Shown: positions 43,677 through 55,669, counted from the stretch's first letter. The stretch is DNA of 64,000 bases from Dehalococcoidia bacterium (GCA_965226745.1 CBDDDS010000005.1:850389-914388), one strand, 5' to 3'. Numbers and translations: made by a program. The notes: generated from the letters alone by a model not told the origin.

Positions 43677-44951
43677 CTATTCCCGCACCTGGCCGTCCCC
43701 CATGATGGTCCATTTGTAGGACGTCAGCTCCCGGAGGCCCATGGGGCCGCGGGCGTGAAACTTGTTGGTGCTGATGGCCACCTCGGCGCCCAGTCCAAAC
43801 TGGGCGCCGTCGGTGAAACGGGTGGAGGCGTTGACGAACACGGCCGCGGCATCCACTTCGTCCAGGAATCGCATCGCAGCCGAGTAGTCCTCGGTGATAA
43901 TGGCCTCCGAATGGCCGGAGCCGTAGCGGTAGATGTGTTCCAGGGCGTCGTCCACCGAGTCCACGACGGCGACCGCAGCCACTAGGGACAAGAACTCCTT
44001 GCCCCAGTCGTCATCGGCGGCGGGGACCACGTTCAATCCATGACTGGGCCCTAGGATCGAGAGTGCGCGGTGGTCACACCGCATCTCCACGCCGGCCTCC
44101 GCCCACGCCCGGGCGACCAGGGGCAACACCTCCGGCGCCACTCCGGCGTGGACCAGCAGGGTATCCAGCGCGTTGCACACCGTGGGACGTTGCACCTTGG
44201 CGTTCTGCGCAATGGCGACGGCCCTCGCGATGTCAGCGGACGCATCGATGTAAGTGTGACACACCCCGATGCCACCGGTAACCACCGGCATCGCGGCCCG
44301 GTCTGCCACCAGGCGTATGAGGTCCGAGCCCCCGCGAGGGATGAGGAGGTCGATGTATTGGTTCAAGGACAGCATCTGGTCTACGAGCGCGCGGTCCGTC
44401 GACTCGACGAGCTGGACCGCCTCGGGAGTCATACCGGCGTCCGCTAGGGCGGCGCGCACCAGGCCGGCAAGCGCTGTGTTGGAGCGGATGGCCTCCTTGC
44501 CGCCCCGGAGGAGCGCCGCGTTGCCCGATTTGAGGCATAGGGCTGAGATGTCGACCGTCACGTCGGGGCGGCTCTCATAGATGGCCCCAATGACGCCCAA
44601 CGGCGTCCGCCGCTTTGCGATGCGCAAGCCGTTGGGCAGAGTGCGCGCATCAAACGCCTCGCCGACGGGGTCGGGTAGCCCGGCAATGTTGCGGACGGCG
44701 GCGGCCAGGGTTGCGAGACGCTCGGATGTCAGGAGCAGGCGGTCCAGCATTGCCTCTGCCATGCCATCCTGTTGGGCAGCCGCGTAGTCCAGGCGATTGG
44801 CCTCCAAAACGGCGTCCTGCTGGGTCTCCAGGGCGCAGGCGACAAGCACCAGCGCCCGGTTCTTGACGGTGGTGGAAAGACGGGCCACCTCGCGAGATGC
44901 CTCGCGGGCGGTTTGAGCCTTGGTCAGCAACTCATCAGCGACCGTTGTCAT
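43677..44951 (-). CDS. proA: glutamate-5-semialdehyde dehydrogenase (gamma-glutamyl phosphate reductase)
   Basis: 424 aa with an ALDH-like ProA pattern (VCNALDTLLVH, GLGAEVAISTNKFHARGPMG). Adjacent to proB. Confidence 0.9.
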   Translation of the reverse strand: MTTVADELLTKAQTAREASREVARLSTTVKNRALVLVACALETQQDAVLEANRLDYAAAQQDGMAEAMLDRLLLTSERLATLAAAVRNIAGLPDPVGEAFDARTLPNGLRIAKRRTPLGVIGAIYESRPDVTVDISALCLKSGNAALLRGGKEAIRSNTALAGLVRAALADAGMTPEAVQLVESTDRALVDQMLSLNQYIDLLIPRGGSDLIRLVADRAAMPVVTGGIGVCHTYIDASADIARAVAIAQNAKVQRPTVCNALDTLLVHAGVAPEVLPLVARAWAEAGVEMRCDHRALSILGPSHGLNVVPAADDDWGKEFLSLVAAVAVVDSVDDALEHIYRYGSGHSEAIITEDYSAAMRFLDEVDAAAVFVNASTRFTDGAQFGLGAEVAISTNKFHARGPMGLRELTSYKWTIMGDGQVRE

Positions 44952-45005
44952 GGTCCATTCCCCTGCTGCGCCGTCATCGAACTACAATGCTCCTCCGCAT
45001 CCAGA

Positions 45006-46175
45006 CTACAGAACCACAAGGTTGTTCCGGTGCACCACCTCGTCGCCGTAGGTGATGCCCAGGGCCTCGCCGATCCGATCCGACCTCAAGCCACTGATGC
45101 GCTCTATATCTTCCGATGCGTAGTTCACGATACCGCAGGCCAGGCGTTCGCCCTGAGGGCCGACAATGGGCACGATGTCGCCTCGGCCAAACTTACCCCA
45201 CACTCCCGTCACGCCCGCCGGCAGCAGGCTGCGGCGCTTGTGGAGCACAGCTTCTACGGCGCCTGCGTCAACGGCGACGGACCCGGTGCGGAGGGCGGCG
45301 CCCAGCATCCAGCGCTTACGGCTTTCCAGCTTGCTCACCGAGGTGGGGAACCAGGTGCCAATCTCCTCCCCCGCCACCAGCCGAGTCACCACCTCCGGCT
45401 CGGCGCCGTTGGCAATGCATACGGCGACGCCAGCGGCGGTCGCCAGGCGGGCCGCCTCCAGCTTGGTCGTCATGCCGCCCCGGCCCCTGCTTTCGCCGCC
45501 CCGGTCGGCCAGCGCCTCCACCTTGGCGTCGACGCGCTCAACCCTGCGAATCAGTTCAGCGCCGGGGAAGGTGTGGGGATCGGCCGTGAACAGGCCGTCA
45601 ATGTCGCTCAACAGCACCAGGAGGTCGGCGTCGACGAGGCTGGCCACCAGCGACGACAGATGGTCGTTATCCCCGATGGTCTCTCCCGTCAGCTCCTCGA
45701 CCCCAACGACATCGTTCTCATTCACGATAGGCACAACGCCCAGTTCCAGCAGGGCGTTGATGGTGTTCCGAGCGTTGAGATAGCCCAGTCTGCCGGCGAG
45801 GTCGCTGCGGGTGAGGAGAACCTGGGCTGTGGTCACTCCATGCTGGGAGAACAGTTCTTCGTAGGCATGCATCAGCCGGCTCTGGCCGACGGCGGCCTGG
45901 GTCTGTCTCAGGGGAATGCCGCGCTGATTGAGGCCTGAGGCCAGCACCTCCCTACCCGCCGCCACCGCCCCAGACGTGACGAGCAGAACCTCCAGGCCGT
46001 CTTTGCGCAACCGGGCCATCTGGCTGGCCAGCGAGGCCAACACGGCCTTGTCCAGCCGGTCGGCGCCATTGGTGAGCACGTTGGTCCCGGCCTTAATGAT
46101 GACGCGCTTGTAGCGCCGGGCGGAAGACCTGCCGGAGGAAGGCGTGGCGATGGTGGAGGTCTGGTTGATAGCCAT
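45006..46175 (-). CDS. proB: glutamate 5-kinase with C-terminal PUA domain
   Basis: Start at MAINQTS (ATG 46175). Has the AAK-fold motifs IIKAGTNVL and VTSGAVAAG. Confidence 0.9.
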   Translation of the reverse strand: MAINQTSTIATPSSGRSSARRYKRVIIKAGTNVLTNGADRLDKAVLASLASQMARLRKDGLEVLLVTSGAVAAGREVLASGLNQRGIPLRQTQAAVGQSRLMHAYEELFSQHGVTTAQVLLTRSDLAGRLGYLNARNTINALLELGVVPIVNENDVVGVEELTGETIGDNDHLSSLVASLVDADLLVLLSDIDGLFTADPHTFPGAELIRRVERVDAKVEALADRGGESRGRGGMTTKLEAARLATAAGVAVCIANGAEPEVVTRLVAGEEIGTWFPTSVSKLESRKRWMLGAALRTGSVAVDAGAVEAVLHKRRSLLPAGVTGVWGKFGRGDIVPIVGPQGERLACGIVNYASEDIERISGLRSDRIGEALGITYGDEVVHRNNLVVL

Positions 46176-46307
46176 GGTCACGTGAGGCGGCGAGTGCGAG
46201 GAGACTGCTCCCCACAGTATAGCAACGCCGCAAGGCTGAGGACAAAGCGAGCGCTCTTTGCCGGGCACCGCCCCGCGCTATTGATCGGACAGCGCCGGAG
46301 CGCGAGC

Positions 46308-46616
46308 ATGGGAGATACCCCTACCCAGGGGGTAGGGGCTGGAGGGGCGATGCTCGGAAACACCAAGCAAGACTGCGTGAAGCGCCTGAATTATGTCGAG
46401 GGGCACCTTCAGGGAATCCGCCGCATGATTGAGGATGACAAGTATTGCGTCGACATGCTCAAGCAGACGTACGCTCTGCGGCGGGCCATCGAGAAGCTCG
46501 AACAGATCATGCTGCGCGGCCACCTCCATTCCTGCGTCATCGAGGGCGTCAGGGAGGGCCGGGAGGACCAGGTGATGGACGAACTGTTGGAGCTTTACTC
46601 GCTCAGTCAGAAGTAG
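46308..46616 (+). CDS. csoR: CsoR/RcnR-family metal-sensing repressor
   Basis: Has the [23 protein letters not shown]...HLHSC pattern (Cys-His-Cys ligands). Lies immediately upstream of copA. The start may be 46308 or 46347. Confidence 0.85.
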   Translation: MGDTPTQGVGAGGAMLGNTKQDCVKRLNYVEGHLQGIRRMIEDDKYCVDMLKQTYALRRAIEKLEQIMLRGHLHSCVIEGVREGREDQVMDELLELYSLSQK

Positions 46617-46623
46617 GCCCGCT

Positions 46624-49116
46624 GTGACCACCAGAGAACTGAAACGCGTCACGCTGCCGGTGGAGGGGATGACCTGCGCCTCCTGCGTCCACACAGTCGA
46701 ACAGGCGCTCAAGAGCGTGCCCGGAGTCGGCGAGGCGACGGTCAACCTAGCCACGGAGCAGGCAAGCGTAGCCTACGACGAGGGCGAGGCCACGGTTGAG
46801 GCAATGGCCAAGGCCGTGGCCGATACCGGGTATCGGGTGACGATGTTCAAGCTGGACCTGATCATTGGAGGTATGACCTGCGCCGCCTGTGTGAGCACCG
46901 TCGAGGGCGCTCTGCGAGGGGCGCCGGGTGTTAGCGCGGCCAACGTCAACCTCGCCACCGAGCAGGCCCGCGTGGAGTACCTTCCCACGTCGGTAACCCT
47001 GCAGGACCTCAGAGATGCCGTGTCGGCGGCGGGCTATTCGGTGGAAGGCATTGCCGGGGAGGACACCGGGACCAAGGACGAGGAGCGGCTGGCGCGGACC
47101 CGCGAGATCCGAATCCTGCGGCGCAAGGTCATCGTCTCAGCGACCATGGCGGCCCTGATATTCGTGGGCAGCATGGAGGGCCTGTTCCCCTGGGCGCCGT
47201 CCTTCTGGCAGAACTGGTATGTGCTCTGGGCCCTAGCGACGCCGGTGCAGTTCTGGGCCGGTTGGCACTTCTACACAACGGCTTGGGCCGCCGGCCGGCA
47301 CCTGTCCGCCAACATGAACACCCTCATCGCCGTGGGCACAAGCACGGCCTACGGCTACAGCGCCGCCGCCACTCTGTTTGCCGGCTTCTTCGAGTCGGCC
47401 GGGCTTGTGACCAAGGTCTACTTCGACACTGCCGCGATGATTGTCACCCTCATCCTGCTAGGGCGGTTCCTTGAGGCCCGGGCCAAGGGCCAGACCTCCG
47501 AGGCGATTCGCAGGCTCCTGCGCCTCCAGCCCCCAACCGCCCATCTCGTCCGCGATGGCGAACTGATCGAGGTGGCAGTGGAGGACCTTCAGGTGGGCGA
47601 CGTGGTCTTGGTCCGCCCCGGCGAGCGGCTGCCGGTCGACGGGACGGTCGTTCAGGGGACGTCCAGCGTAGACGAGTCGATGCTGACCGGCGAGAGCATT
47701 CCATCGGAGAAGCAGGTGGGTGCCCCGGTCTTCGGGGCCACGGTGAACAGGCTGGGCAGCTTCCATCTCCGGGCCACCAAGGTTGGGAAAGACACAGTCC
47801 TCGCTCAGATCATCCGGCTTGTGCAAGAAGCCCAAGGTTCCAAGGCGCCCATCCAGCGCCTAGCAGACGTGGTGGCAAGCTACTTCACGCCCGCGGTTAT
47901 CGTGGTTGCGCTGGCCACTTTCACGCTGTGGATGATCATCGGGCCCTCGCCCGCCCTGACGTTTGCGTTGTTGAATATGGTGGCAGTCCTCATCATCGCC
48001 TGCCCGTGCGCCCTTGGGTTGGCGACGCCAACAGCCATAATCGTCGCCGCCGGCAAGGGCGCGGAACACGGCATCCTCATTCGCAGCGCCGAGGCGCTGG
48101 AGACGGCCCACAAGGTCACGGCCGTGGTGCTGGACAAGACCGGCACGCTCACAACCGGGATGCCTGTAGTCACCGACGTCATAGCGCCAGGCGGGCGGGG
48201 AGACATGGTCCTAGCGCTGGCTGCGTCCGCCGAACAAGGTTCCGAGCATCCTCTGGGCGAAGCCATCGCCAGGGCGGCGGAGGACCGCGGGCTCTCTCTA
48301 GAGCCCACCTCAGCATTCAGGGCCATCCCCGGCTTCGGCATAGAGGCGACGGTCGGCGGGCGGCAGCTTCTCCTAGGCAACGAGGCATTGATGTCCGAGC
48401 GGAGGCTCGGACTGAGCGGCCTGGCCTCGGACGCGGCCCGACTGGCCGAGGAAGGCAAGACGCCCATGTTCGTGGCCCTGAACGGGCAGATTGAGGGGGT
48501 CATTGCCGTGGCAGACGCGTTGAAACCGGAGTCCCAGGAGGCCGTCGCCCGGCTTCACAGCCTCGGATTGGAAGTTGTGATGCTCACAGGCGACCTGCCG
48601 GCTACAGCCAACGCCATCGCCAGGCAGCTTGACATCAAGCGCGTGCTGGCTCAGGTCCTTCCCCAGGACAAGGCCGCCCAGGTCAAGCAGCTCCAGGAAG
48701 AGGGGCGCGTGGTGGCCATGGTGGGCGACGGCATCAACGACGCCCCCGCCCTGGCGCAGGCCAACGTGGGCATCGCCATGGGTACGGGAACGGACATCGC
48801 CATGGAGGCCGCCGACATTACGCTCATGCGGGGGGACCTGCGCGGGGTGGGAGGGGCCATCGCTCTGTCCCGCCAGACCATCCGCACGATCAAGCAGAAC
48901 CTGTTCTGGGCCTTCTTCTACAACACGGCGCTCATTCCCATCGCGGCGGGCGCGCTGTACCCGGTGGCCGTTACCTGGGGCATACCAGGTTTCCTGGAGC
49001 CGGTTCTGGGAGAAAGCGGCTTCCTGAACCCTGTCCTAGCGGCGGCAGCCATGGCCATCAGTTCGGTGACTGTTGTATCGAACTCGCTGAGGTTGCGGCG
49101 GTTCCGGGGCGCGTGA
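46624..49116 (+). CDS. copA: copper-translocating P1B-type ATPase
   Basis: 830 aa with two HMA domains (GMTCASC, GMTCAAC), a CPC motif (ACPCALG), DKTGTLT and GDGINDAP. Confidence 0.95.
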   Translation: MTTRELKRVTLPVEGMTCASCVHTVEQALKSVPGVGEATVNLATEQASVAYDEGEATVEAMAKAVADTGYRVTMFKLDLIIGGMTCAACVSTVEGALRGAPGVSAANVNLATEQARVEYLPTSVTLQDLRDAVSAAGYSVEGIAGEDTGTKDEERLARTREIRILRRKVIVSATMAALIFVGSMEGLFPWAPSFWQNWYVLWALATPVQFWAGWHFYTTAWAAGRHLSANMNTLIAVGTSTAYGYSAAATLFAGFFESAGLVTKVYFDTAAMIVTLILLGRFLEARAKGQTSEAIRRLLRLQPPTAHLVRDGELIEVAVEDLQVGDVVLVRPGERLPVDGTVVQGTSSVDESMLTGESIPSEKQVGAPVFGATVNRLGSFHLRATKVGKDTVLAQIIRLVQEAQGSKAPIQRLADVVASYFTPAVIVVALATFTLWMIIGPSPALTFALLNMVAVLIIACPCALGLATPTAIIVAAGKGAEHGILIRSAEALETAHKVTAVVLDKTGTLTTGMPVVTDVIAPGGRGDMVLALAASAEQGSEHPLGEAIARAAEDRGLSLEPTSAFRAIPGFGIEATVGGRQLLLGNEALMSERRLGLSGLASDAARLAEEGKTPMFVALNGQIEGVIAVADALKPESQEAVARLHSLGLEVVMLTGDLPATANAIARQLDIKRVLAQVLPQDKAAQVKQLQEEGRVVAMVGDGINDAPALAQANVGIAMGTGTDIAMEAADITLMRGDLRGVGGAIALSRQTIRTIKQNLFWAFFYNTALIPIAAGALYPVAVTWGIPGFLEPVLGESGFLNPVLAAAAMAISSVTVVSNSLRLRRFRGA

Positions 49117-49131
49117 CCCCTGAGGGCGGAG

Positions 49132-50334
<1,203 letters not shown>

Positions 50335-50570
50335 CTGTCAACTCCCTGTTCCGGTGTTCACCGTCGCCCCAGCCGCGCGGCGCGGCAAACCGGGGCAGGG
50401 CCAGCCCTATTGGACCAAGCCGCCGCCCCATCCAACGCCAGGGATAGCTTGCACCAGTCCGTGGAGCGCGGCATGGCCGGATAGGGAAGATAGCGGCGGG
50501 GAAGGCGCAGCCTTTGATTGTATGTTGGTTGCGCTTGTCAGCCGGACCCCGGAGGGTGCAGGCACGGAGC

Positions 50571-50664
50571 CATCGCAGAGGCGTCGCGTATCCGTCGCGA
50601 GCCGTCGCGGAGGCGTCGCGTACCCGTCGCGTACCCGTCGCGCATCCGTCGCGGAGCCGTCGCC
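50571..50664. repeat. 11-bp tandem repeat, 9 units (core CGTCGCG on the plus strand, CGCGACG on the minus strand)
   Basis: Cores start at 50571 (CATCGCA), 50582, 50593, 50603, 50614, 50625, 50636, 50647 and 50658 (CGTCGCC). Spacing is 11, 11, 10, 11, 11, 11, 11, 11. Confidence 0.9.
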
Positions 50665-50726
50665 CGGCGCCGAACGAGGAGTGGACGGGGGTCCGCTTCT
50701 TGGAGATACTTTAGCATCTTGACGAT

Positions 50727-50755
50727 ATCATAGCACAGATGTTCTTATCCTGCAA
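50727..50755 (-). promoter_or_regulatory. sigma70-type promoter of element C / argG
   Basis: On the minus strand, TTGCAG-17 nt-TATGAT with spacer GATAAGAACATCTGTGC. Confidence 0.6.
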
Positions 50756-50825
50756 GTAGGAGGGCCGGGGGCAGAGATTCCCTAGCTAGGCCCCAAGGAA
50801 GCCAGGGGGCGTCCGTGATTGCAAC

Positions 50826-52025
50826 CTACCCCGTCTGACGCTTCCGGGCCGTCACAAGCCCACGCTCCAGACGGCGCAGACCTTCTTCGATCTCCTCGGG
50901 GGAAATCGTCAGGGGCGGCGTGAACCGGAGAATGTTGGGGCGGACCGGGTTTGAGAGCAAGCCCTCTTCATTGCAGGCGGCTACGGCCGCGGGAGCCATG
51001 TCGTCGACGAACTCCAGAGCAAGCAGGAGTCCCTTGCCCCGCACGCCGGCGACGAATTCGAGCCTGTCCCTGATGCCCTCGAGCCCCTGCCTGAGAAGGT
51101 CTCCCGCCACGGATGCCTGGCTGGGCACGTCATTATCGACAATGTATTCCACTACAGCGGCAGCCGCGGCGCACGTGAGGGCGTTGCCACCAAAGGTCGA
51201 GCCGTGGTCACCGGGCGAGAGGACGGCGGCATGCTCCTTCATCAGGAAGGCGCCGATGGGCACTCCTCCGCCCAAGCCCTTGGCCAGGGTCATGACATCC
51301 GGCTCCACGCCAAAAGCCTCGTAGCCCCAGAGTGCGCCGAGGCGACCCATCCCCACCTGGACTTCGTCGAATACCAGAAGCAGGTTATTGGCATCGCACC
51401 AGGCGCGCACGTCCTTCAGATAGTCGTCGTCGGGAACGTTGACTCCGCCCTCGCCCTGAACGGGCTCCAGCATCACTGCGCAAGTCTTATCGGTGGTGGC
51501 CTTGCGAATGGCCTCAACGTCGTTGTAGGGCACATGGACGAAGCCGGGCAGCAGCGGCTGCCAGGCCTCTTGATAGTGGGGCTGGCCCGTAGCTGCGACT
51601 CCAGCAAAGGTCCTGCCGTGGAACGAGTCCAAGGCCGTGATGATTTCGTAGGCGCCGTTCCTATTGAGTCTGCCGTACTTGCGGGCGGTCTTGATGGCGC
51701 CTTCCACTGCTTCCGCGCCGCTGTTGCACACGAAAACCCGGTCCATACAACTGTTCTCGACAAGAAGCTGAGCCAATTTGACCTGGGGCCCGGTAAAGAA
51801 CTGGTTGGACGTCTGCATCAGAGTCCCCGCCTGCTCTGCCACGGCCTGGACAACCACCGGATGGCAATGGCCCAGGTTGTTCACGGCCCAGCCTGCGGTG
51901 AAGTCCAGATACTCCCTGCCATCCTCGTCCCAAACCCGCGTGCCTTCGCCCCGCACAATGACGATAGGCTGCCTCCGCACGACTTGTAGGTAGTATTGGG
52001 CCTCCATGTCCCGCGTCTGGCTCAT
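50826..52025 (-). CDS. argD: acetylornithine aminotransferase (class III)
   Basis: 399 aa with the PLP-lysine context TLAKGLGGG. The start overlaps the UPF0182 stop (ATGA). Confidence 0.9.
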   Translation of the reverse strand: MSQTRDMEAQYYLQVVRRQPIVIVRGEGTRVWDEDGREYLDFTAGWAVNNLGHCHPVVVQAVAEQAGTLMQTSNQFFTGPQVKLAQLLVENSCMDRVFVCNSGAEAVEGAIKTARKYGRLNRNGAYEIITALDSFHGRTFAGVAATGQPHYQEAWQPLLPGFVHVPYNDVEAIRKATTDKTCAVMLEPVQGEGGVNVPDDDYLKDVRAWCDANNLLLVFDEVQVGMGRLGALWGYEAFGVEPDVMTLAKGLGGGVPIGAFLMKEHAAVLSPGDHGSTFGGNALTCAAAAAVVEYIVDNDVPSQASVAGDLLRQGLEGIRDRLEFVAGVRGKGLLLALEFVDDMAPAAVAACNEEGLLSNPVRPNILRFTPPLTISPEEIEEGLRRLERGLVTARKRQTG

Positions 52026-54763
52026 GGAGCTGTCTCTTGAGCCAACTGTTGAAGCCTGGCCAACGCTTCCTCAATGTCGGAGAGCGTCCCCCTCATGCCG
52101 GCGACGGACTCGGCCAGCTTCTGCAATTCTTCCGACAACTCAGTGGGAATGCCCGGAGGCTCACCCCCATCCGGAGGATCAACCGGCGGCGGCGTTACAC
52201 CGCCAAACAGGTCTCTGAGGGCCTCTTCGAGGGTGGGTTGCATCGTCACGCGAGTGGCGTCGGCCACGATGATGCGCCGCAGCTCCGGGAAAGCCAGGTT
52301 CTCAGCCTGGAGGTAGATGGGCTCAACGTACAGGATGGACTCTTCAATGGGGATGACGAGGAGGTTCCCCCTGATGACCGTGGAACCCACCTGGCCCCAC
52401 AGCGTGAACTGCTCCGAGATGGCCGCGTCGTTGTCAATGCGGGCTTCCACTTGAGCCGGGCCATCAATCTGGCGCTCCCGCGGGAAGTTGTACAGGATGA
52501 GCTCACCGTAATTGGGCACGTCGTTGCGGGCGGCCAGCCAAGCCACCATGTTGGGCCGGTTGACGGGAGTGAACGGCTGGATGAGCAAGAACTCGTCGAT
52601 CTCCGAGTCCAGCAATTGCGAGATGACGTAGTAGGGCTCCACAGGTTGCCTTGACCCTTCCACAACTTCTTGAGGGATGCTCCATTGGTCTTCCCGGTTA
52701 TAGAAGACCCCGGAATCGGTCATGTGAAACGTCAAGTACGTTTGCGACTGAATGGTAAACAGGTCCAGCGGATACCGGACATGCTCCTGGAGCGACGCGG
52801 GCATCTCCCCCAGCGGCGCGAAGAGCTCCGGGAAGATGCTCTGATAGGTGGCCACGATTGGATCAAACTGGTCCACGACGTAGAAGTCAACCGTTCCGTC
52901 GTAGGCGCTGACGACCACCTTCACGCTGTTCCGGATGTAGTTGAAGTCGCCTCCCTCGAAGGGTTGGGAGTAGGGGTACTGGTCCGAGGTGGTGTAGGCG
53001 TCCTGAATCCAGAACAATTGGCTATCGGCGATAACCAGGTAAGGGTCGCGGTCAAGTGACAGGAAGGGCGCCAGGGTCAGGATGCGCTCTTGAATCTCCC
53101 GGCGGAACTGAATCCGGCTCTCGTTGGTTACCTGGCTGCTGATGAGCAGGTTCAGGTCCCTGAAGTGCCATGCGAAAGCTAGCCGGTCGATGAACGAGTC
53201 TATGGGCACGCCGCCCTGGCCCTGGTACTGCGTGTAGACGGGCCCCTCGTCCGTGGGGAAGTCGACCTCTTCTTCCTTGGAGTTGACGACCACGAAGTTC
53301 CGGCTCTGCTCTCCGTAATAGATCTCCGGCCGGCCCAACTCAAACGAGCCCTGGGGCGGAACGTCCTGCAGGAAGTAGTTGGGCAGACCCTCGGGAGTGA
53401 ACTCGTTAACCGGGCTCATGGCGGCGCCGTACCCGTGGGTCCACTGGAGGCGTTGGTTGACCCATCCCTGGGCCTCATCAGGTAGTTTATCCGGCGACAA
53501 CTCGCGCGCGCCCAACAGCACCTGCCTATATTCTCCGTCCACCACGTACCTGTCCACGTCGACGTCAAGGAAGTCGTAGTACGGGCGAATGAACTGCCGC
53601 TGGTTGTAGAGCGAGCGGAGGGGGCCGGTGCCCCAAACGCGAATGTTATTGATGATGCCGGGGTGGTTGTCGATGGTCTCAGCTGTGATTTCCTCTGTCG
53701 CTGGGAACGGCTGGACCTGGATGTCCGTGAGCCCGTAGGCGTGGCGAGTGGCTTCAATGGTGCGCTCGATGTATTGCCGCTCCAGGGTCAGCTCGTTGGG
53801 CTCCACCTGGAACCGCTGTATCGCAGCGGGGTAGATTGTCCCGACCAGGATCACGGCGCCTATCCACAGGGCGACCGCCGCAAGGGCTAGGCGGAATCCA
53901 GGGATGAAGATGTTGCCGACGAGCAGCACGGCTCCCGCCGCCGTGACGGCCATGAGCACTCGCAGGGCCGGCACGCGGGCGTGCACGTCCGTGTAGCCCG
54001 CGCCAAACGCTGCTCCTCCCGGCGAGTACAGCAACTCGTAGAGGTCCACCCAGTAGCTCCAGGCAATGACGACGAAAAGCACGGCGGCGATGGTGGAGAG
54101 GTGCGCCTTGACCGGGAAGGTCATTGGGAACGACAGGCCCCGCAGGCTGAAGAGCAAGAAGTAGAGACCCCCCGTTCCCATCAGTGTGATCACCAGGCTG
54201 CCAAGGAGCCATCCCTGAATGGTGGTGACCATGGGCAGGGTGAACACATAGAAACCAATGTCCCGGTTGTACAGCGGGTCTGTCACGCCGAAGGCCTGGG
54301 AGTTGAAGAAGCGGAGGAAGGTCTCCCATTGCCCGCTGATCACGGCGCCGAAAATGGCGCTGAGGACCAGAACTGCGAAGACCGCGACCCAGATCAGGGA
54401 TCTGCGCATCCACTGCGCCACGGCCGGAGGGAGGCTGGGGTGTAACTCCCCCTGCGAGAATCGGAAGGCCAGCACCACGCTTGGCGTCGCTATCAGTGCG
54501 TAGACGACGGCGCCCGCAAGGAAGAGCCACAGCCGGGTGGTAATGATCGTGACGTACACGGACGACAGGTCCACGCTGCGGAACCACTGCCAGTCGATGT
54601 AGATGCCCCGGCCCACCGAAACAGCAATCAGGAGAAGCACAACCAGAACACCCGCGGCGGCGAGCTTGAGCCAAGTGCCGGCATTGGGGGGAATGGTCAG
54701 GTTCTCGAGGTCTATAGGGGCATTGGAACCCCCGCCAAGATTGCCGCGAAAGTCAAATCGCAT
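52022..54763 (-). CDS. UPF0182-family large membrane protein
   Basis: 913 aa with about 7 N-terminal TM helices and then a large soluble domain. The architecture and several motifs recalled for UPF0182 fit, but this is a memory-based call. Confidence 0.6.
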   Translation of the reverse strand: MRFDFRGNLGGGSNAPIDLENLTIPPNAGTWLKLAAAGVLVVLLLIAVSVGRGIYIDWQWFRSVDLSSVYVTIITTRLWLFLAGAVVYALIATPSVVLAFRFSQGELHPSLPPAVAQWMRRSLIWVAVFAVLVLSAIFGAVISGQWETFLRFFNSQAFGVTDPLYNRDIGFYVFTLPMVTTIQGWLLGSLVITLMGTGGLYFLLFSLRGLSFPMTFPVKAHLSTIAAVLFVVIAWSYWVDLYELLYSPGGAAFGAGYTDVHARVPALRVLMAVTAAGAVLLVGNIFIPGFRLALAAVALWIGAVILVGTIYPAAIQRFQVEPNELTLERQYIERTIEATRHAYGLTDIQVQPFPATEEITAETIDNHPGIINNIRVWGTGPLRSLYNQRQFIRPYYDFLDVDVDRYVVDGEYRQVLLGARELSPDKLPDEAQGWVNQRLQWTHGYGAAMSPVNEFTPEGLPNYFLQDVPPQGSFELGRPEIYYGEQSRNFVVVNSKEEEVDFPTDEGPVYTQYQGQGGVPIDSFIDRLAFAWHFRDLNLLISSQVTNESRIQFRREIQERILTLAPFLSLDRDPYLVIADSQLFWIQDAYTTSDQYPYSQPFEGGDFNYIRNSVKVVVSAYDGTVDFYVVDQFDPIVATYQSIFPELFAPLGEMPASLQEHVRYPLDLFTIQSQTYLTFHMTDSGVFYNREDQWSIPQEVVEGSRQPVEPYYVISQLLDSEIDEFLLIQPFTPVNRPNMVAWLAARNDVPNYGELILYNFPRERQIDGPAQVEARIDNDAAISEQFTLWGQVGSTVIRGNLLVIPIEESILYVEPIYLQAENLAFPELRRIIVADATRVTMQPTLEEALRDLFGGVTPPPVDPPDGGEPPGIPTELSEELQKLAESVAGMRGTLSDIEEALARLQQLAQETAP

Positions 54764-54772
54764 GATGTTCCA

Positions 54773-55561
54773 CTATTCGATCCTTGTGCCAATTTTCCGG
54801 TCTTCCATTGCTTCCAGCAGCGCCCCCGGGCGCCGCCCATCGATGATCTGCGTACTGGCCACGCCATCCAAAGCGCGAAGGCAGGCATCCAGCTTTGGTA
54901 TCATACCCCCTGCGGCCACTCCAGAGCCAATAAGCCGCCGCGCCTGCGTTGGGCCGAGCCTAGGAATCAACCGTTTTGATCCGTCCAGGACGCCCTCGAC
55001 GTCGGTGAGGAATATCAGCCGTTCCGCCCCCAGGGCCCTGGCCAGTTCACCGGCGGCGGTGTCGGCGTTCACATTCAGCACGGGCAGGGACCGGCCGGCT
55101 TCCGCCGAGCAGTGGAGGCTCACTGGGGCCACGAAAGGGATGAAGCCCGCCTCCAAGAGAACCAGCACCGGCGCTGTGTTGACCTTCACGATACTACCCA
55201 CCCAGCCAAGGTCGGGATCAGTGACCTCGGCCTGGAACAGGCCGTCGTCGGCGCCATTGAGGCCGGCCGCCCGGCCCCCCAGCTTCATTACCTGAGCCAC
55301 CAGACTCGTGTTGACGAGGCCCCCCAACACCGCAGTAACAACCTCCAACCCGGCGTCGTCCGTGACCCGCAGGCCTCGCACGAAGCGGGGCATGAACCCC
55401 CTCCGCTCCAGCCAGGAGCTGATCACGCTCCCCCCGCCGTGGACTACGACGGGCGATATACCCTGACGAGTCAATTCAATCAGGTCATGGAGAGATGTGT
55501 CGCGGCTCCCCAGGGTGCTTCCGCCTATCTTCACTACGACGCTAGGCACGATGTGCGGCAC
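54773..55561 (-). CDS. argB: acetylglutamate kinase
   Basis: 262 aa with GTG start. Has VVKIGGS and VVHGGG motifs. Confidence 0.9.
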   Translation of the reverse strand: MPHIVPSVVVKIGGSTLGSRDTSLHDLIELTRQGISPVVVHGGGSVISSWLERRGFMPRFVRGLRVTDDAGLEVVTAVLGGLVNTSLVAQVMKLGGRAAGLNGADDGLFQAEVTDPDLGWVGSIVKVNTAPVLVLLEAGFIPFVAPVSLHCSAEAGRSLPVLNVNADTAAGELARALGAERLIFLTDVEGVLDGSKRLIPRLGPTQARRLIGSGVAAGGMIPKLDACLRALDGVASTQIIDGRRPGALLEAMEDRKIGTRIE

Positions 55562-55669
55562 CGGTTTGCTGGTGATGCTGTGCAGGTTGAACCTAAAGAA
55601 ACTCGGCGGAGAAGGAGCGGGGTTTGCGCGCGGTCTCCAGGGCCTTCGCCGGCGCGGTGTTTCGCTTGG

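Larger units (their letters stand above)
50335..50755 (-). repeat. element C of the promoter/leader element family, forming the roughly 390-nt leader of argG
   Basis: The minus-strand promoter is similar to those of A and B. It has 9 units of an 11-nt repeat, then a tail GGCTCCGTGCCTGCACCCTCCGGGGTCCGGCTGA (plus coordinates 50538-50571) that matches element B at 28452-28485 and, more loosely, element A at 21088-21121. Confidence 0.75.

Noticed and set aside
50518-50733. Plus-strand ORFs (50514..50714, 50518..50733, 50321..50722) across the argD-argG intergenic region.
   Set aside because: They are generated by the 11-bp repeat (RRVAYPSR-type periodic junk). A period that is not a multiple of 3 argues against coding.
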